This document shows, in pieces, positions 43,578-53,672 of a stretch of DNA of 64,000 bases. Within the stretch, counting starts at the first letter, position 1, and every line of letters starts with the position of its first letter. A program made the position numbers and the translations under genes. Source of the DNA: an uncultured Solirubrobacterales bacterium (GTDB lineage Bacteria > Actinomycetota > Thermoleophilia > Solirubrobacterales > JBBDJG01); the NCBI GenBank assembly GCA_963785085.1, contig CAWAUD010000014.1, positions 125,464-189,463 of the forward strand, read 5' to 3'. Below the pieces are notes generated by a model. That model was not told the DNA's origin, did not search any database, and worked only from the letters and a program-made list of their open reading frames with translations.

Positions 43578-45059
43578 CTACATGGACGGCTGAGCCTTCG
43601 GCGCACGGCGCGCGTTAGAGCCGTTGCGGCTCGCGCGCGTGGCAGGGCGCCGGGGCGCCGTCTCGGCCGCCAGCTGGTGCAGCTCTGCGATCGACTCCTC
43701 GACGTACTCGGCGAGGCGCTCGAGGTCCGGCATGGCGTCGTAGTCGCCGATCAGGTTGATGAAGACCGAGCCGTTGTAGCTCATGATCGCCACCGCCAGG
43801 GCGTTGCGCGGAGCCAGGAACGCGACCGGCCGCAGCTGCAGCAGCTCGCGGCCCAGCAGGTAGATCGGGAACTGCGGGCCCGGGACGTTCGTGACCAGCA
43901 GGTTGTAGAAGCGGTTTGAGAAGTTGAGCCGCGACGCCTGCGCCAGGATCGTGGGCGGCGCGAAGTCCTGCAGATTGGCGATCATCTCCGCGCCCTGGGC
44001 CTGCTTGGACTCCTTGAGGCCGGCCATCGACTCCCGCACGATCCGGTAGCGCTCCCGCGGCGAGTTCGCGTACACCGGCAGCGGTCCCATCATCATCGTG
44101 ATCCGGTTGCCGAGCGCGGCCTCCTCGCCCTTCGGGCGGATCGAGACGGGGACGCAGCCCCGTAGCTGCAGGCCCTCGGTCCGGATGCCGCGCGAGTGGA
44201 GCCACTTCTGAAGCGCGCTCGCGACGACCGTCAGGAACACGTCGTTGACGGTGCCGCCGAGGCCGTCCTTGATCTCCTTCAACTCCGACAGCGACGTCTC
44301 GACCCACAGCACGCGGCGATGGGTGCCGATGTCGCCGTTCAGCGGCGTCTTGGGCGCCGGGTTGACCATCGACCACATGACCTCGCCCATTCCCTCAGCC
44401 GCCTCGCGGACCGAATCCAGCGTCGTGGCGGGGTGCGCGACCATCGAGACGGCCTTGCGCGCGAGGCCGAACGGCAGCTTGACCAGGCCCTTGACGCCGT
44501 CGGCGATCAGCTCGCGATCCGAGGGCTCCTGGTGGGGCCGCCACGAGTCGCCTGCCGGCAGGTCCGGCGTCCCCGCGGGCCCCGTGTCGAACATGACGGT
44601 CGTGAGGTCGACGCCCGAGACACCGTCGACCAGCGAGTGGTGGACCTTCGAGATGACCGCGAAGCGATTGTCCTCGAGTCCCTCGACGAGCCAGATCTCC
44701 CACAACGGCTTGGAGCGGTCGAGGCGCTGCGAGAAGATCCGGCCGACGAGCTGGCGGAGCTCGTGCTCGGACCCGGGCGACGGCAGCGCCGAGTGGCGCA
44801 CGTGGTAGCCCAGGTTGAAGGAGGGATCGTCGATCCACATCGGGCGCCCCATCTCCAGCCGCGGATGGGCCAGCTTCTGCCGGTACCGGGGCACCATGTG
44901 CAGGCGGGAGGAGACGTGCTCCTCGAACTCCTCGCGCGCGGGCGGCGGCCCTTCGAACACCAGCACTCCGCCGATGTGCATGTGCGTGCCCGCCTCGCGA
45001 ACCAAAAATGAGGCATCGACCGCCGACAAGCGGTCCTTGTGCTTCGGCGTGCCCGCCAT
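43578..45059 (-). CDS. Wax ester synthase/diacylglycerol acyltransferase
   Basis: LSAVDASFL, RLDRSKPLWE, HHSLVDG, TVNDV, TNVPGP. Confidence 0.95.
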   Translation of the reverse strand: MAGTPKHKDRLSAVDASFLVREAGTHMHIGGVLVFEGPPPAREEFEEHVSSRLHMVPRYRQKLAHPRLEMGRPMWIDDPSFNLGYHVRHSALPSPGSEHELRQLVGRIFSQRLDRSKPLWEIWLVEGLEDNRFAVISKVHHSLVDGVSGVDLTTVMFDTGPAGTPDLPAGDSWRPHQEPSDRELIADGVKGLVKLPFGLARKAVSMVAHPATTLDSVREAAEGMGEVMWSMVNPAPKTPLNGDIGTHRRVLWVETSLSELKEIKDGLGGTVNDVFLTVVASALQKWLHSRGIRTEGLQLRGCVPVSIRPKGEEAALGNRITMMMGPLPVYANSPRERYRIVRESMAGLKESKQAQGAEMIANLQDFAPPTILAQASRLNFSNRFYNLLVTNVPGPQFPIYLLGRELLQLRPVAFLAPRNALAVAIMSYNGSVFINLIGDYDAMPDLERLAEYVEESIAELHQLAAETAPRRPATRASRNGSNARRAPKAQPSM

Positions 45060-45200
45060 GTTCGTCCCCTTCCTTCGGGTTTGCCGACAGCGAGCGTACC
45101 TGAGCGGCGGACGGTCGTCAGAAAAGTGAACGCCGTCGTGCCGTTGGGCGGGCCGGCGCTTCGAGCCGCGAGCGCCGGCCTATCGTGGGTGCTGCGCGAG

Positions 45201-45767
45201 TTAGCTCTTTCCGCCCGAGCTCGGCTCCCACTTCGCCCCGGAGGGCGCGAGGGTGTACCACTCGGCGCCGAACTGATCGAGGCCCTGTCCCTTCGTCTGC
45301 CCCGCCTTCGTGTCGCCGGCGTAGTAGTAGAGCGGGTGTCCCGCGTACACCACCTGCTGCTTGCCGTCCGAGCGCTTGCTCGTCGTGAGCTTGGCCGCCG
45401 TGACGCCCGAGCCGGCCTTCGGGCTCCCGGAGGTCGTCAGCGGAGGCCAGGCGGCGGCGCACCCGCCGGAGCACATGCTCGTCGGGGTCTTGTCCTTCTC
45501 GAACAGGTAGAGCGTGCGCCCGTCCGTGCCGACGATGACCGTCCCGATGCTCGTCTTGGCGGCCGACACGGTTGCGGTGCCGCTGCTGTTGCTGGCCGTG
45601 GTGGTCCCACCGTAGGCGCCGCCGTAGCCACCTCCGGAGGTCTGCGCGTTGCTCGAGGTGGTGCCCGAGCTGCTGGAGTCGTTGTTGCTGCTGCCGCAGC
45701 CCGCGACAATCACAGCGACCAGCGCCACCCCCAACGCCATCGCGATCCATTTCACAGAGCTCTTCAT
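45201..45767 (-). CDS. Secreted-repeat lipoprotein (COG4315/Lipoprotein_15-like)
   Basis: Lipobox VAGC; GRTLYLF..D; C...CAAAWPP; GHPLYYY.GD; W. Confidence 0.88.
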   Translation of the reverse strand: MKSSVKWIAMALGVALVAVIVAGCGSSNNDSSSSGTTSSNAQTSGGGYGGAYGGTTTASNSSGTATVSAAKTSIGTVIVGTDGRTLYLFEKDKTPTSMCSGGCAAAWPPLTTSGSPKAGSGVTAAKLTTSKRSDGKQQVVYAGHPLYYYAGDTKAGQTKGQGLDQFGAEWYTLAPSGAKWEPSSGGKS

Positions 45768-45809
45768 GGATGTTCCCTTCTGATCGGTACGGCTGCCCTT
45801 GACGCCACT

Positions 45810-45870
45810 GACACGGACCAGGCCGTGCCGCGGTTCAATCGTTGAACCGAATCGACCCCGGCGACGTGTT
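45810..45870. promoter_or_regulatory. Back-to-back ECF (SigL-type) promoters TGAACC-N16-CGTGT
   Basis: Minus: TGAACC(45837-32)-16-CGTGTC(45815-10); plus: TGAACC(45843-48)-16-CGTGTT(45865-70). Confidence 0.75.
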
Positions 45871-45880
45871 AGGGGCAGTG

Positions 45881-46411
45881 ATGACTGACGAGCCGCTCGA
45901 CGCGGCGCAAGAGGAGGAACGACGAGTGCGGGCTCTCTACGCAGAGCACGGGCAGGTGCTGCAGGGTTACGTGACCCGGCTGACCCGCGACCCGCAGCGA
46001 GCCGAGGACATAGTCCAGGAGACGCTCGTTCGCGCCTGGCGGCGGGGCGAATCGCTGAGTGGCGATCCCCGATCCCTGCGGCCGTGGCTGTTCACCGTCG
46101 CGCGCAACCTGGCGTTTGACGATCACCGCGCCCGGGCGAGGACCGAACTGGTCGCCCCCGAAGCGTTCACGGACGAGGCCGACACGGCAGCTGCGCTCGA
46201 TCGCACCCTGGAGACTTGGCAGATCACCGAGGCACTGGCCCATCTGTCGCGGGATCACCGCGAGGCGATCGCGGAGACCTTCTTCCGCGGGCATTCGGTC
46301 GCGGAGGCCGCGACTGCGCTCGGCGTGCCGCCGGGCACGATCAAATCGCGTACCTACTACGGGCTGCGTGCGCTGCGGTCCGCGCTGGAGGAGCAGGGAT
46401 GGGGCGGTTGA
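45881..46411 (+). CDS. ECF sigma factor, SigL-like
   Basis: LYAEHG, AEDIVQETLVRAWR, WLFTVARN, GTIKSRTYYGLRALR. Confidence 0.92.
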   Translation: MTDEPLDAAQEEERRVRALYAEHGQVLQGYVTRLTRDPQRAEDIVQETLVRAWRRGESLSGDPRSLRPWLFTVARNLAFDDHRARARTELVAPEAFTDEADTAAALDRTLETWQITEALAHLSRDHREAIAETFFRGHSVAEAATALGVPPGTIKSRTYYGLRALRSALEEQGWGG

Positions 46412-47022
46412 GCGCCGGCTGCGACTCGCTCGAGCGCCTGTCGCTTGGCGCCTACGTGCTGGGCGCACTCGACCCGGTGGAGCGTGCCCGATTCGAGCAG
46501 CACCTCGAGTCCTGCTCCGCATGCCGGGAGGAGCTGGTCCAGATGGCAGGACTGCCCGGCCTCCTGTCGCGCGTGAGTCTCGAGGACGCCCTCGATCCGC
46601 CGTCCGTTGCTCCATCGCCCGCACGCCGGCGCCGCTTCGCCGCCATCGGCAGCGTGGCCGCGGTGGCCGCCGTGGCGGCGGCGCTCATCCTCGCGCTGGT
46701 GACGGGCGGCAACTCCGACTCGCCGAACCGGCCCCAGACCGTCGCGGCGACGAACCAGCGGACCGGCGTGTCGGCGAAGATGGCGCTGCGCCCCGCGCCC
46801 TGGGGCACGGAGGTGAAGGTGCGGCTCGCCGGCGTCACCGCCGGGACTCGCTGTCGCCTCGTGGCCGTCGGGCGGGACGGTTCCCGCGAGATCGCCGGCA
46901 CCTGGCGCGCGGACTACGAAGGACGGGCTGACGTCCGGGCCGCCACCGCGATCCCGGTGAGCGATGTGGCATACCTCGACGTGGTGGCCGGCGGGCAGCG
47001 CCTCGTGCGCGCCACGCTCTAG
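46408..47022 (+). CDS. Zinc-binding (ZAS/zf-HC2) transmembrane anti-sigma factor, RslA-like
   Basis: LGAYVLGALD..FEQHLESCSAC, TM helix, PWGT; TTG overlaps sigma stop. Confidence 0.88.
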   Translation: MSAGCDSLERLSLGAYVLGALDPVERARFEQHLESCSACREELVQMAGLPGLLSRVSLEDALDPPSVAPSPARRRRFAAIGSVAAVAAVAAALILALVTGGNSDSPNRPQTVAATNQRTGVSAKMALRPAPWGTEVKVRLAGVTAGTRCRLVAVGRDGSREIAGTWRADYEGRADVRAATAIPVSDVAYLDVVAGGQRLVRATL

Positions 47023-47035
47023 CCCACCGCGCCGG

Positions 47036-47347
47036 CTACTTCATCAGGTACTCCATCGCCTCGACCGGGTCCGAGAAGAGCATCAGCGCGTCGTCGGTGG
47101 CGACAAGCCGGCCGAAGTGAGTCGACATCTCGTGCTGGAGCGAATACGAATCCAGCTCGAAGCCGAGCTCCTGGCTGACCTGGTCGAGGTCGATCACGAG
47201 CCGGTCCTTGGCACGGATCTCCCAGAAGGACGGCTGCTCGATGATCTCGATTCCCTCCTGGGCGCCCATCACCGCCGCGACCGCGTCGCCCTCCTCGCTC
47301 TTGGCCATCACGATTCCGACGTAGTCGTAGGTCTTCTCGCCGCTCAT
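47036..47347 (-). CDS. Soluble di-iron monooxygenase coupling/effector protein (MmoB/DmpM family)
   Basis: VGIVM..SEEG..VA, LQHEMSTHFGRLV..DD..LFSDP; last gene of the cluster. Confidence 0.88.
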   Translation of the reverse strand: MSGEKTYDYVGIVMAKSEEGDAVAAVMGAQEGIEIIEQPSFWEIRAKDRLVIDLDQVSQELGFELDSYSLQHEMSTHFGRLVATDDALMLFSDPVEAMEYLMK

Positions 47348-48423
47348 GCCGCGCCTCCGCCGCCGGCGCCGTTTCCGTCAGCCCGCACTCGCGCGAGCAG
47401 CTCGTCGACGTCGATCTGAACGTTCGCGCGGGCATCGTCGAAGGAGATCCCGGCCGGCAGCTGGTCGAACACCGGCTTGAGGCCGAGCGCCGCCTCCTCG
47501 GCGAGCGGCATCCAATCGGCAAGCCAGCCGTCCAGCACCACGCGGTTGGCCTCGCCATGCTCCTCGTCAGCGAGCACGAAGCCCATCAGCTCGGCGGTCC
47601 AGTTGCGGACCCACTCCCACTCGAGCTGCGCGACGTGGCTCACCGCTTGAGTGATGATGTCGCCGTTGAAGCGCACCGAGCGCATCAGCAGCTCCCGCCT
47701 GGTCATCAGGCCAAACGTGGTCTCGAAGCACATGTTGGCGGCGAAGACACGCTCTCCCCAGTCGGGCGTCGCCCGCAGCTTCTCGACGTAGCGGCGAGCG
47801 GGCTGCCACGGCTCGTCGTTTAGCCAGCTCTGTTTTGCCCGGTCCACCGGGAAGTCGCCGAACTGCTCCTCCAGGTCCATCCCGTACAGGACGTAGGCCT
47901 GGGCCTGGCGCTGCTTCATCGCCGCCTCCAACGCGACGGCGTGCGTGATCGTGTCCGACAGCGTGTCGCGCGCGGCGCTCGCCAAGGCGAGCCAGATCCC
48001 GTGCTCGGCGAATGCCGGCACCTGCAGGTTCGCGCGCAGGAACTCCACCCATTCGGGCGAGAAGTCATCGAACGCGCGCTCGCGCTTGGCGGTGCGCACG
48101 GCGCCCTCGATCAGCTGCTCGTATGCGGCGCCGGTCTGGTAGTAGGGCCGCTCCCACATCTGGCCCGGGTCGCGGAACGCGTACCAGTCGACCGACTTGA
48201 GCGCGGTCGAATCGTCCCACCACATGCCGCGGCCGTCCTCGAAGTGCACGGGCCATTCACGATCCACATGGCGGTGCACGGACGGCTGCGAGTCGACCGT
48301 GACGTCCTCGTAGACCGTTGCGCGGCGCTTCTTCGGCGTGTACCAGAGGAACGAGCGCTCGGGCTCGTCCCCGCGCCGGCCGGCGCCGTCGCCGACCTTC
48401 TTCACGGGTGGTGTGGCTGACAT
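47344..48423 (-). CDS. Soluble di-iron monooxygenase hydroxylase beta subunit
   Basis: PKKRRATVYEDVTVDSQP, STALKSVDWYAFRDP..WERPY, DWGE. Confidence 0.9.
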   Translation of the reverse strand: MSATPPVKKVGDGAGRRGDEPERSFLWYTPKKRRATVYEDVTVDSQPSVHRHVDREWPVHFEDGRGMWWDDSTALKSVDWYAFRDPGQMWERPYYQTGAAYEQLIEGAVRTAKRERAFDDFSPEWVEFLRANLQVPAFAEHGIWLALASAARDTLSDTITHAVALEAAMKQRQAQAYVLYGMDLEEQFGDFPVDRAKQSWLNDEPWQPARRYVEKLRATPDWGERVFAANMCFETTFGLMTRRELLMRSVRFNGDIITQAVSHVAQLEWEWVRNWTAELMGFVLADEEHGEANRVVLDGWLADWMPLAEEAALGLKPVFDQLPAGISFDDARANVQIDVDELLARVRADGNGAGGGGAA

Positions 48424-48435
48424 TCCGATGCCTCC

Positions 48436-49443
48436 CTAAGCAGCAGCCGACTCCGCGTCGGCACTCGTCGTGAACTTGTCATGGAAGATGCGTCTCTCGT
48501 CGATGCCGTGCTGCTCGGTCGCCAGCTCGGCCATCGCGTCGATCATCGGGGGCGGGCCGCACATGTAGAGCTCGGGGTCCTCCATGCCGGCCAGGCACTC
48601 GCCGGCGGTCTCGTGGACGAAGCCGCCCACCACCGGCGTGAACTCGAAGTCCGCGAGCGACGCGCCCAGCTGCTCGACGACGTCGACGTAGTACAGGTCC
48701 TCGTCGCTGCGCGCGCCGTAGAAGAAGCGCACCGGGCGCGTGCTGCCCTCGCCCGCGAGGCGGCGCAGCAGCGACAGGATCGGCGCCATGCCCGAACCGC
48801 CGGCGACCATCAGGATCGGCCGCGGGTTCTCGCGCAGGTGGAAGGCCCCGTAGGGCCCGGTGAAGCCGAGCGTGTCGCCCGGGTTGATCTCGCCGTCGAG
48901 CATCGAGGAGAAGCGCCCGCCGGGGTAGCGCTTGACGATCAGCTCTATGCGGCCGTCGCCGGGCAGGTTCGCCATCGAGAACGAGCGCCGCGCCTCGTCG
49001 CCGCCGGGCACCCAGATGTCGACGTACTGGCCGGGCAGGAACGAGAAGTCCTCCGGCTCGTCGACCTTCAGCTCCAGGCGGCGGATGTCATGCGTCAGCG
49101 CCTCGACGGCGGTCACCGTCGCGGACCCGTCGCGGATCGCGTTCTCGAGCCGGTAGTTGTCCGGGTCGAAGTGCAGCAGCTCGACGACCAGGTCCTCCTC
49201 CGGCATCGCGCGGCACAGCAGCGTGTAGCCGTTCGTCTCCTCCGACTCCGACAGCGCGAACGTCGAGTAGGGCTTCAGCACCACCTCGCCCTCGAGCAGG
49301 TAGGCCTTGCAGGCGGAGCACTGCCCCTCTCTGCACCCGTAGACGAGGTTGAAGCCGTGCCGGAAGGCGGCGTCGAGGACCGACTCCTCCTCGTCGCAGT
49401 CGATCTCCTCGCCGATCGGCTCGAAGAGGACCCGCGGGCTCAT
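48436..49443 (-). CDS. Soluble di-iron monooxygenase reductase (2Fe-2S + FAD/NAD)
   Basis: CREGQCSACK, LLC, RSFSMAN, GGSGMAP, CGPPPM. Confidence 0.93.
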   Translation of the reverse strand: MSPRVLFEPIGEEIDCDEEESVLDAAFRHGFNLVYGCREGQCSACKAYLLEGEVVLKPYSTFALSESEETNGYTLLCRAMPEEDLVVELLHFDPDNYRLENAIRDGSATVTAVEALTHDIRRLELKVDEPEDFSFLPGQYVDIWVPGGDEARRSFSMANLPGDGRIELIVKRYPGGRFSSMLDGEINPGDTLGFTGPYGAFHLRENPRPILMVAGGSGMAPILSLLRRLAGEGSTRPVRFFYGARSDEDLYYVDVVEQLGASLADFEFTPVVGGFVHETAGECLAGMEDPELYMCGPPPMIDAMAELATEQHGIDERRIFHDKFTTSADAESAAA

Positions 49444-49464
49444 GGGCTGCTGCTCCCTGCTGCG

Positions 49465-51133
49465 CTAGCCGGCCGTCCCCACGCTCGCCGGCGCGGCGTG
49501 GCCGTTCGACTTGCTCCAGGGCGCGGCCGCCTGCAGCCCGCCGTCGATGTGGCCGTTGGGAGTGACGAGGCCCACGGAGGAGCCGTTCGGCAGCCCGAGC
49601 TTCTCGGCCGTGACGATGTTCGGGCTCTGGATGTGGAAGTCCATGCTCTTCGAGGTCCGTGAGCGTCCACATACGGTCGCCGTTCACGTGCGGCTGCGGC
49701 ACGAGCGTCTCGCCGTCGGAGCGCACGTACCCGAGGTGGCGGACCAGCTCCGAGATCTCCCAGCCGTGGTAGCGGTCGAAGTAGTTGCGGTCGCCGACGT
49801 AACGGCCGGGGTTCGACTCGTCGAGCCACTGGCATTCCTTCGAGCAGTAGAAGCGCGTGTGGCCATCGACCGCCCGGTGGCACATGTCCTCCTCGAAGAC
49901 GCAGCCCATCAGGCAGACCCAGCACGACGGCGACGCCTGGTCGTTCGCCATCTGCATCAGGTGCTTGAACTGCTGCGGGTCGTGGCGGGTGGCGCGGAAG
50001 GTCTCCCACACCGCCCCGTAATCGGCGTACCAGCCGGGATAGTGGTCCTCGAACCACTCGAAGTCGCGCTCGTCGAGCCCGTCCATGCGCCAGAAGTTGA
50101 GCATCCAGAAGGCGCTCGATCCGAGCATGTTGCGGTGCACCATGCCGCGCTTCAGCCGGTCGCGCGCGCGGTCGAACAGCGACGAGTCGAAGTTCAGCCC
50201 CAGCTTGCCGAGCTTGAGGACGTACGAGCGGTACCAGTCGTCCTCGATCCACCGCTCCCACTTGTCCATGTAGCTCTCGGTGTCGCTGCGGTCATCGGAG
50301 CCGTACTCCATGATCCCCGAGCCGAAGCCGTCCAGGTAGGCGTGGTTGATCCACCACGCCTGCCCGAGGTCACGCTCGATCAGCGGCGCGTTGTCGTCCT
50401 CCTGGAGGACGGTCAGAAGCGTGGCGTAGCCGTTGGAGATGTGACGCGCCTCGTCCGACTGCACGGACAGGTACGTGGTCGGCAGCGTGAAGTCGCCGTT
50501 GCGCGCGCCGACGTCGGGCAGCGCCACGAAGGCGATGTTGGTGAACGCCGTCTCGGCGACGACCTGGAGGGTGAAGGCGCACTGGACCGGGTCGCCGACG
50601 ATGAAGTGAGACAACATGTTGAGCGCCTGGCGAGTCCCGACGTTGTTCGCGAGCGCCTTCGGACCGAGGTGCCAGCCGGCGGGGTCGGGAGTGTTCTTCG
50701 CGTACCAGCGCGCGAGCGACATCTGCATCCCGGTGTGGCGGATCTCGTCGACGAACTGCACGTGGTAGCCGTTGCGCAGCTCGTTGTTGGGGATCGCGTC
50801 GATCAGCATCGACATGCAACGCCCGGCGCCGACCTCGGCGTACGCGGTCGCGACGATGTAGGGCTTGATGATCTCGAGCCACTTCGGACCGGCCTTGCTC
50901 GTCATGTCGGCCCGGACCGCGGCGTCGTGCCCGCCGTACACGCGCTCGTCCTTCTCGAGCTCCATCGGAAGGTATTCCCGCATGATGTGCTTCATCGGGT
51001 CCTTCGCCTTGTCCGGGAACTTGTACCGGGACGGATACTTGTTCGCGGGCTCGAAGTAGGTCGGCTCCCATCCAAGCTGGGAGATGCGCTCGTGAGTCTT
51101 GGTGATGCTGCGGCGACGGGTCGTAGTGCTCAA
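49465..51133 (-). CDS. Soluble di-iron monooxygenase hydroxylase alpha subunit (one frameshift near 49650)
   Basis: DEIRH and DEARH di-iron motifs, AETAFTN, FYCSKEC; true C-terminus FHIQSPNIV...AG* in the adjacent frame; GGAGG before TTG 51133. Confidence 0.92.
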
Positions 51134-51172
51134 GGCGATGTCCTCCCTCGCGGAGTGGCGGTCCGAGACGCG

Positions 51173-51203
51173 AAGATATACCCTTACTGACGTGGAGTCA
51201 ATA
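51173..51203 (-). promoter_or_regulatory. Monooxygenase operon promoter (TTGACT-17-TATCTT) overlapped by palindrome TAcTGAC-N5-GTCAaTA
   Basis: Palindrome 51185-51203 covers the -35 and sits between the divergent alpha-subunit and TetR starts. Confidence 0.65.
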
Positions 51204-51216
51204 CCATCTGACGGAC

Positions 51217-51846
51217 ATGAGCACACCCACCACTGAGAACATCCCCAAACGCCGCCGCCGATCCCCCGAGTCGGCCGAGCGCGAGATCCTCGCGGCGGCC
51301 GAATCCTTCCTGCGCGAGCGCCCGTTCCACGAGATGACCGTGGACGAGGTGATGGCCGGCACGACGCTCTCGCGGCCGTCCTTCTACGTCTACTTCCCCG
51401 ACCGCAATCACCTGGTGATCCGCCTCGTCGACGAGGTCGGCGCCGAGGTGTTCGCGATGGCCGAGCGCTGGCTGACGGGCACCGGTGATCCGCGCTTGGA
51501 GGTGCGCGCGGCGCTCGAGGGAGTTGCCGCCGTGTGGTCCGAGCACGGGCTGCTCCTCGGCGCGATGGCGGACGCCGGCAAGCACGACGACGAGGTGGAC
51601 ACCGCCTATCGCACGCTGCTCGGCCGGTTCATCGACGCGACCGCTGAGCACATCGAGGACGACATCAAGGCGGGCCTGATCGAGCCGCTCGACCCGCGCG
51701 AGACCGCCCGCGCGCTGATCCTCATGACGGAGCGCTACCTCAACGCGACCTTCGGGCACGATCCGGTGGCCCCCATCGAGACGGCCGTCGACACACTCTG
51801 GACGCTGTGGGTGCGCGCGCTGTACGGCCCGCCCGCACAGCCCTAA
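51217..51846 (+). CDS. TetR/AcrR family regulator (EthR-like C-terminus)
   Basis: EREILAAAESFL..MTVDEVMAGTTLSRPSFYVYFPDR; LWVRALYG. Confidence 0.9.
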   Translation: MSTPTTENIPKRRRRSPESAEREILAAAESFLRERPFHEMTVDEVMAGTTLSRPSFYVYFPDRNHLVIRLVDEVGAEVFAMAERWLTGTGDPRLEVRAALEGVAAVWSEHGLLLGAMADAGKHDDEVDTAYRTLLGRFIDATAEHIEDDIKAGLIEPLDPRETARALILMTERYLNATFGHDPVAPIETAVDTLWTLWVRALYGPPAQP

Positions 51847-51859
51847 AGGGGGCGTTCGG

Positions 51860-52498
51860 GTGCAGGAGGTGCTGCGGGACGTCGTTCACTGGTCGGCCAC
51901 GCACCCGACGCTCGGAATCGAGGTCTCCTCTTACTGGCTGGACGCGGACGGCATCGCGATCGACCCGCTGCTGCCGCCCGAGGTCATGGACTGGCTCCGC
52001 GAGCGGCCGGTCAAAGCCACGGACGTACTGCTCTCGAATCGTCATCACTACCGGGACAGCGGCGTATTGGTCGAGGAGTTCGACGCCATCGTCCACTGCA
52101 ACGCGGCCGGCCTGCACGAGTTCGACGAGGAGCAACACGTAAAGGGATTCGAGCCCGGCCACATGCTGCCGGGAGGCGTGATTGCGTTCGAGATCGACGC
52201 CATCTCTCCGGACGACACCGCCCTCGTGCTTCCCGGGGTCCGGGCGGTGGTGCTGGCGGATGCGGTGATCCGCATGGAGGGCAGGAAGGAAGGCGGCCCG
52301 TTGCGGTTCGTGTCCGACGGCCTGATGGACGACCCGGAACGTGACAAGGCGGCGATCGTCGCCGCCCTGAAGCGGCTCCTGGAAGATGTCGACTTCGAGC
52401 ACCTGCTGCTGGCCCACGGCGGCCCGCTGATCGGTGACGGCCGCGAGCAGCTTCAGCGGTTCGTCAGCAGCGGCGGAGCTTCGGGCTCAGGCGCCTGA
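51860..52498 (+). CDS. Metallo-beta-lactamase-fold protein
   Basis: IDP, LSNRHHYRD, LADA, LLLAHG. Confidence 0.75.
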   Translation: MQEVLRDVVHWSATHPTLGIEVSSYWLDADGIAIDPLLPPEVMDWLRERPVKATDVLLSNRHHYRDSGVLVEEFDAIVHCNAAGLHEFDEEQHVKGFEPGHMLPGGVIAFEIDAISPDDTALVLPGVRAVVLADAVIRMEGRKEGGPLRFVSDGLMDDPERDKAAIVAALKRLLEDVDFEHLLLAHGGPLIGDGREQLQRFVSSGGASGSGA

Positions 52499-53652
52499 GG
52501 GCGCAGCGCCTCCTCGCCGGCCAGCTGGTGGCGGATGCGGTCCCGTGCGGCGCTGAAGCGAACCGCCTCGTAGGCGATCAGCAGAGAGAGGCCGCCGGCG
52601 ACGATCGCGACGCTCGCCAGGGCTGAGATCTCCCGTGCGAGCGGGATGAGGGCGACCAGCAGGATCGCGGTCGCGAGCCGCTGCCGGTTCAGCGTGTGGA
52701 TGTTCCGCCAGCGGAAGGCGACGTGACCGAGCAGGTACAACGCCGTTCCGCCGAACATCGCCACGGCGGGGATGGTCTTCAGCGGCTCGCCGACGTCTCC
52801 GATCGTCTTCTTCAGACCGAGGGCCGAGAGCACGATCCCGGCGACCAGCAGCAGGTGGATGTAGGAATACGAGTCGCGCGCTATCTCGTTCTGCTCACGT
52901 CCCGGCGTGGCGTTCGAGAGCTTTCGCTCGGCGACCAGGGCGACCACGTCGAAGTAGAGCCACCACATGGCCGCGGCGATCGTGATTCCCAAAATGGCCG
53001 CGGTGACCACGCCCGCGTCGACTCCGACCTGGGAGCCCGCGCCGATGGCGACGATCGACTCCCCGAGCGCGATGATCACGATCAGCCCGTGCCGTTCGGC
53101 GAAGTGGCTTGGCGCCAGCTTCCAGCCCTCCGAGCCGAACAGGAACGGCCCCAGCAGGTCGAGCAGCAGGGCCGTCACCCAGAGCGCACCCTGCGGGGCA
53201 CCATCGGTGAGTGCCGCAGCGAACAGCAGGCCGACGCCGATGGTGGTGCTCCAGGCGAGCCCGGTGAACACAGAGTGACGCAGCTCCGGGTCGTCCCTGC
53301 CCGCCATCAGGAGCAGGATCACTTGCCCGAAGCGCACCACTCCATAGGCGCATGCGAACAGCAACGCGCGGTCCCCGAAGGCGTCGGGAACGCACAGCGA
53401 CGCGACAAGCAGCGCGGCCATCGCGCCGAACATCGCGAACCGGACCGCGCCCTCCTCGGGGTTCACGACGCTCGTCAGCCAGGCGTAGCCGACCCACGCC
53501 CACCACAGCACGCCGAGGATCAGGACGCCCTGGAAGAGCCCCTCCCACGTCGGGTGCTTCGCCATCAGCGCGGTGCACTGCGTCAGCGCAAGGACGAATA
53601 CGAGGTCGAAGAACAGCTCGAGCGGCGTGACGCGCTCCTCCGAGCGCAGCAC
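52453..53652 (-). CDS. Low temperature requirement protein A family membrane protein
   Basis: VTPLELFFDLVFV, HFAERHGLIVIIALGES, WWLYFD, YSYIHL. Confidence 0.92.
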   Translation of the reverse strand: MLRSEERVTPLELFFDLVFVLALTQCTALMAKHPTWEGLFQGVLILGVLWWAWVGYAWLTSVVNPEEGAVRFAMFGAMAALLVASLCVPDAFGDRALLFACAYGVVRFGQVILLLMAGRDDPELRHSVFTGLAWSTTIGVGLLFAAALTDGAPQGALWVTALLLDLLGPFLFGSEGWKLAPSHFAERHGLIVIIALGESIVAIGAGSQVGVDAGVVTAAILGITIAAAMWWLYFDVVALVAERKLSNATPGREQNEIARDSYSYIHLLLVAGIVLSALGLKKTIGDVGEPLKTIPAVAMFGGTALYLLGHVAFRWRNIHTLNRQRLATAILLVALIPLAREISALASVAIVAGGLSLLIAYEAVRFSAARDRIRHQLAGEEALRPQAPEPEAPPLLTNR

Positions 53653-53672
53653 GACGCGGTGTGACGATGTCC

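Noticed and set aside
47036-51133. Calling the monooxygenase a methane monooxygenase
   Set aside because: No gamma subunit or mmoD, and the gene order is prmABCD-like rather than mmoXYBZDC.
49088-51226. 712-aa alpha subunit with a long extension overlapping the reductase
   Set aside because: Caused by one extra base near 49650; the correct tail ends at 49465 and the start is TTG 51133.
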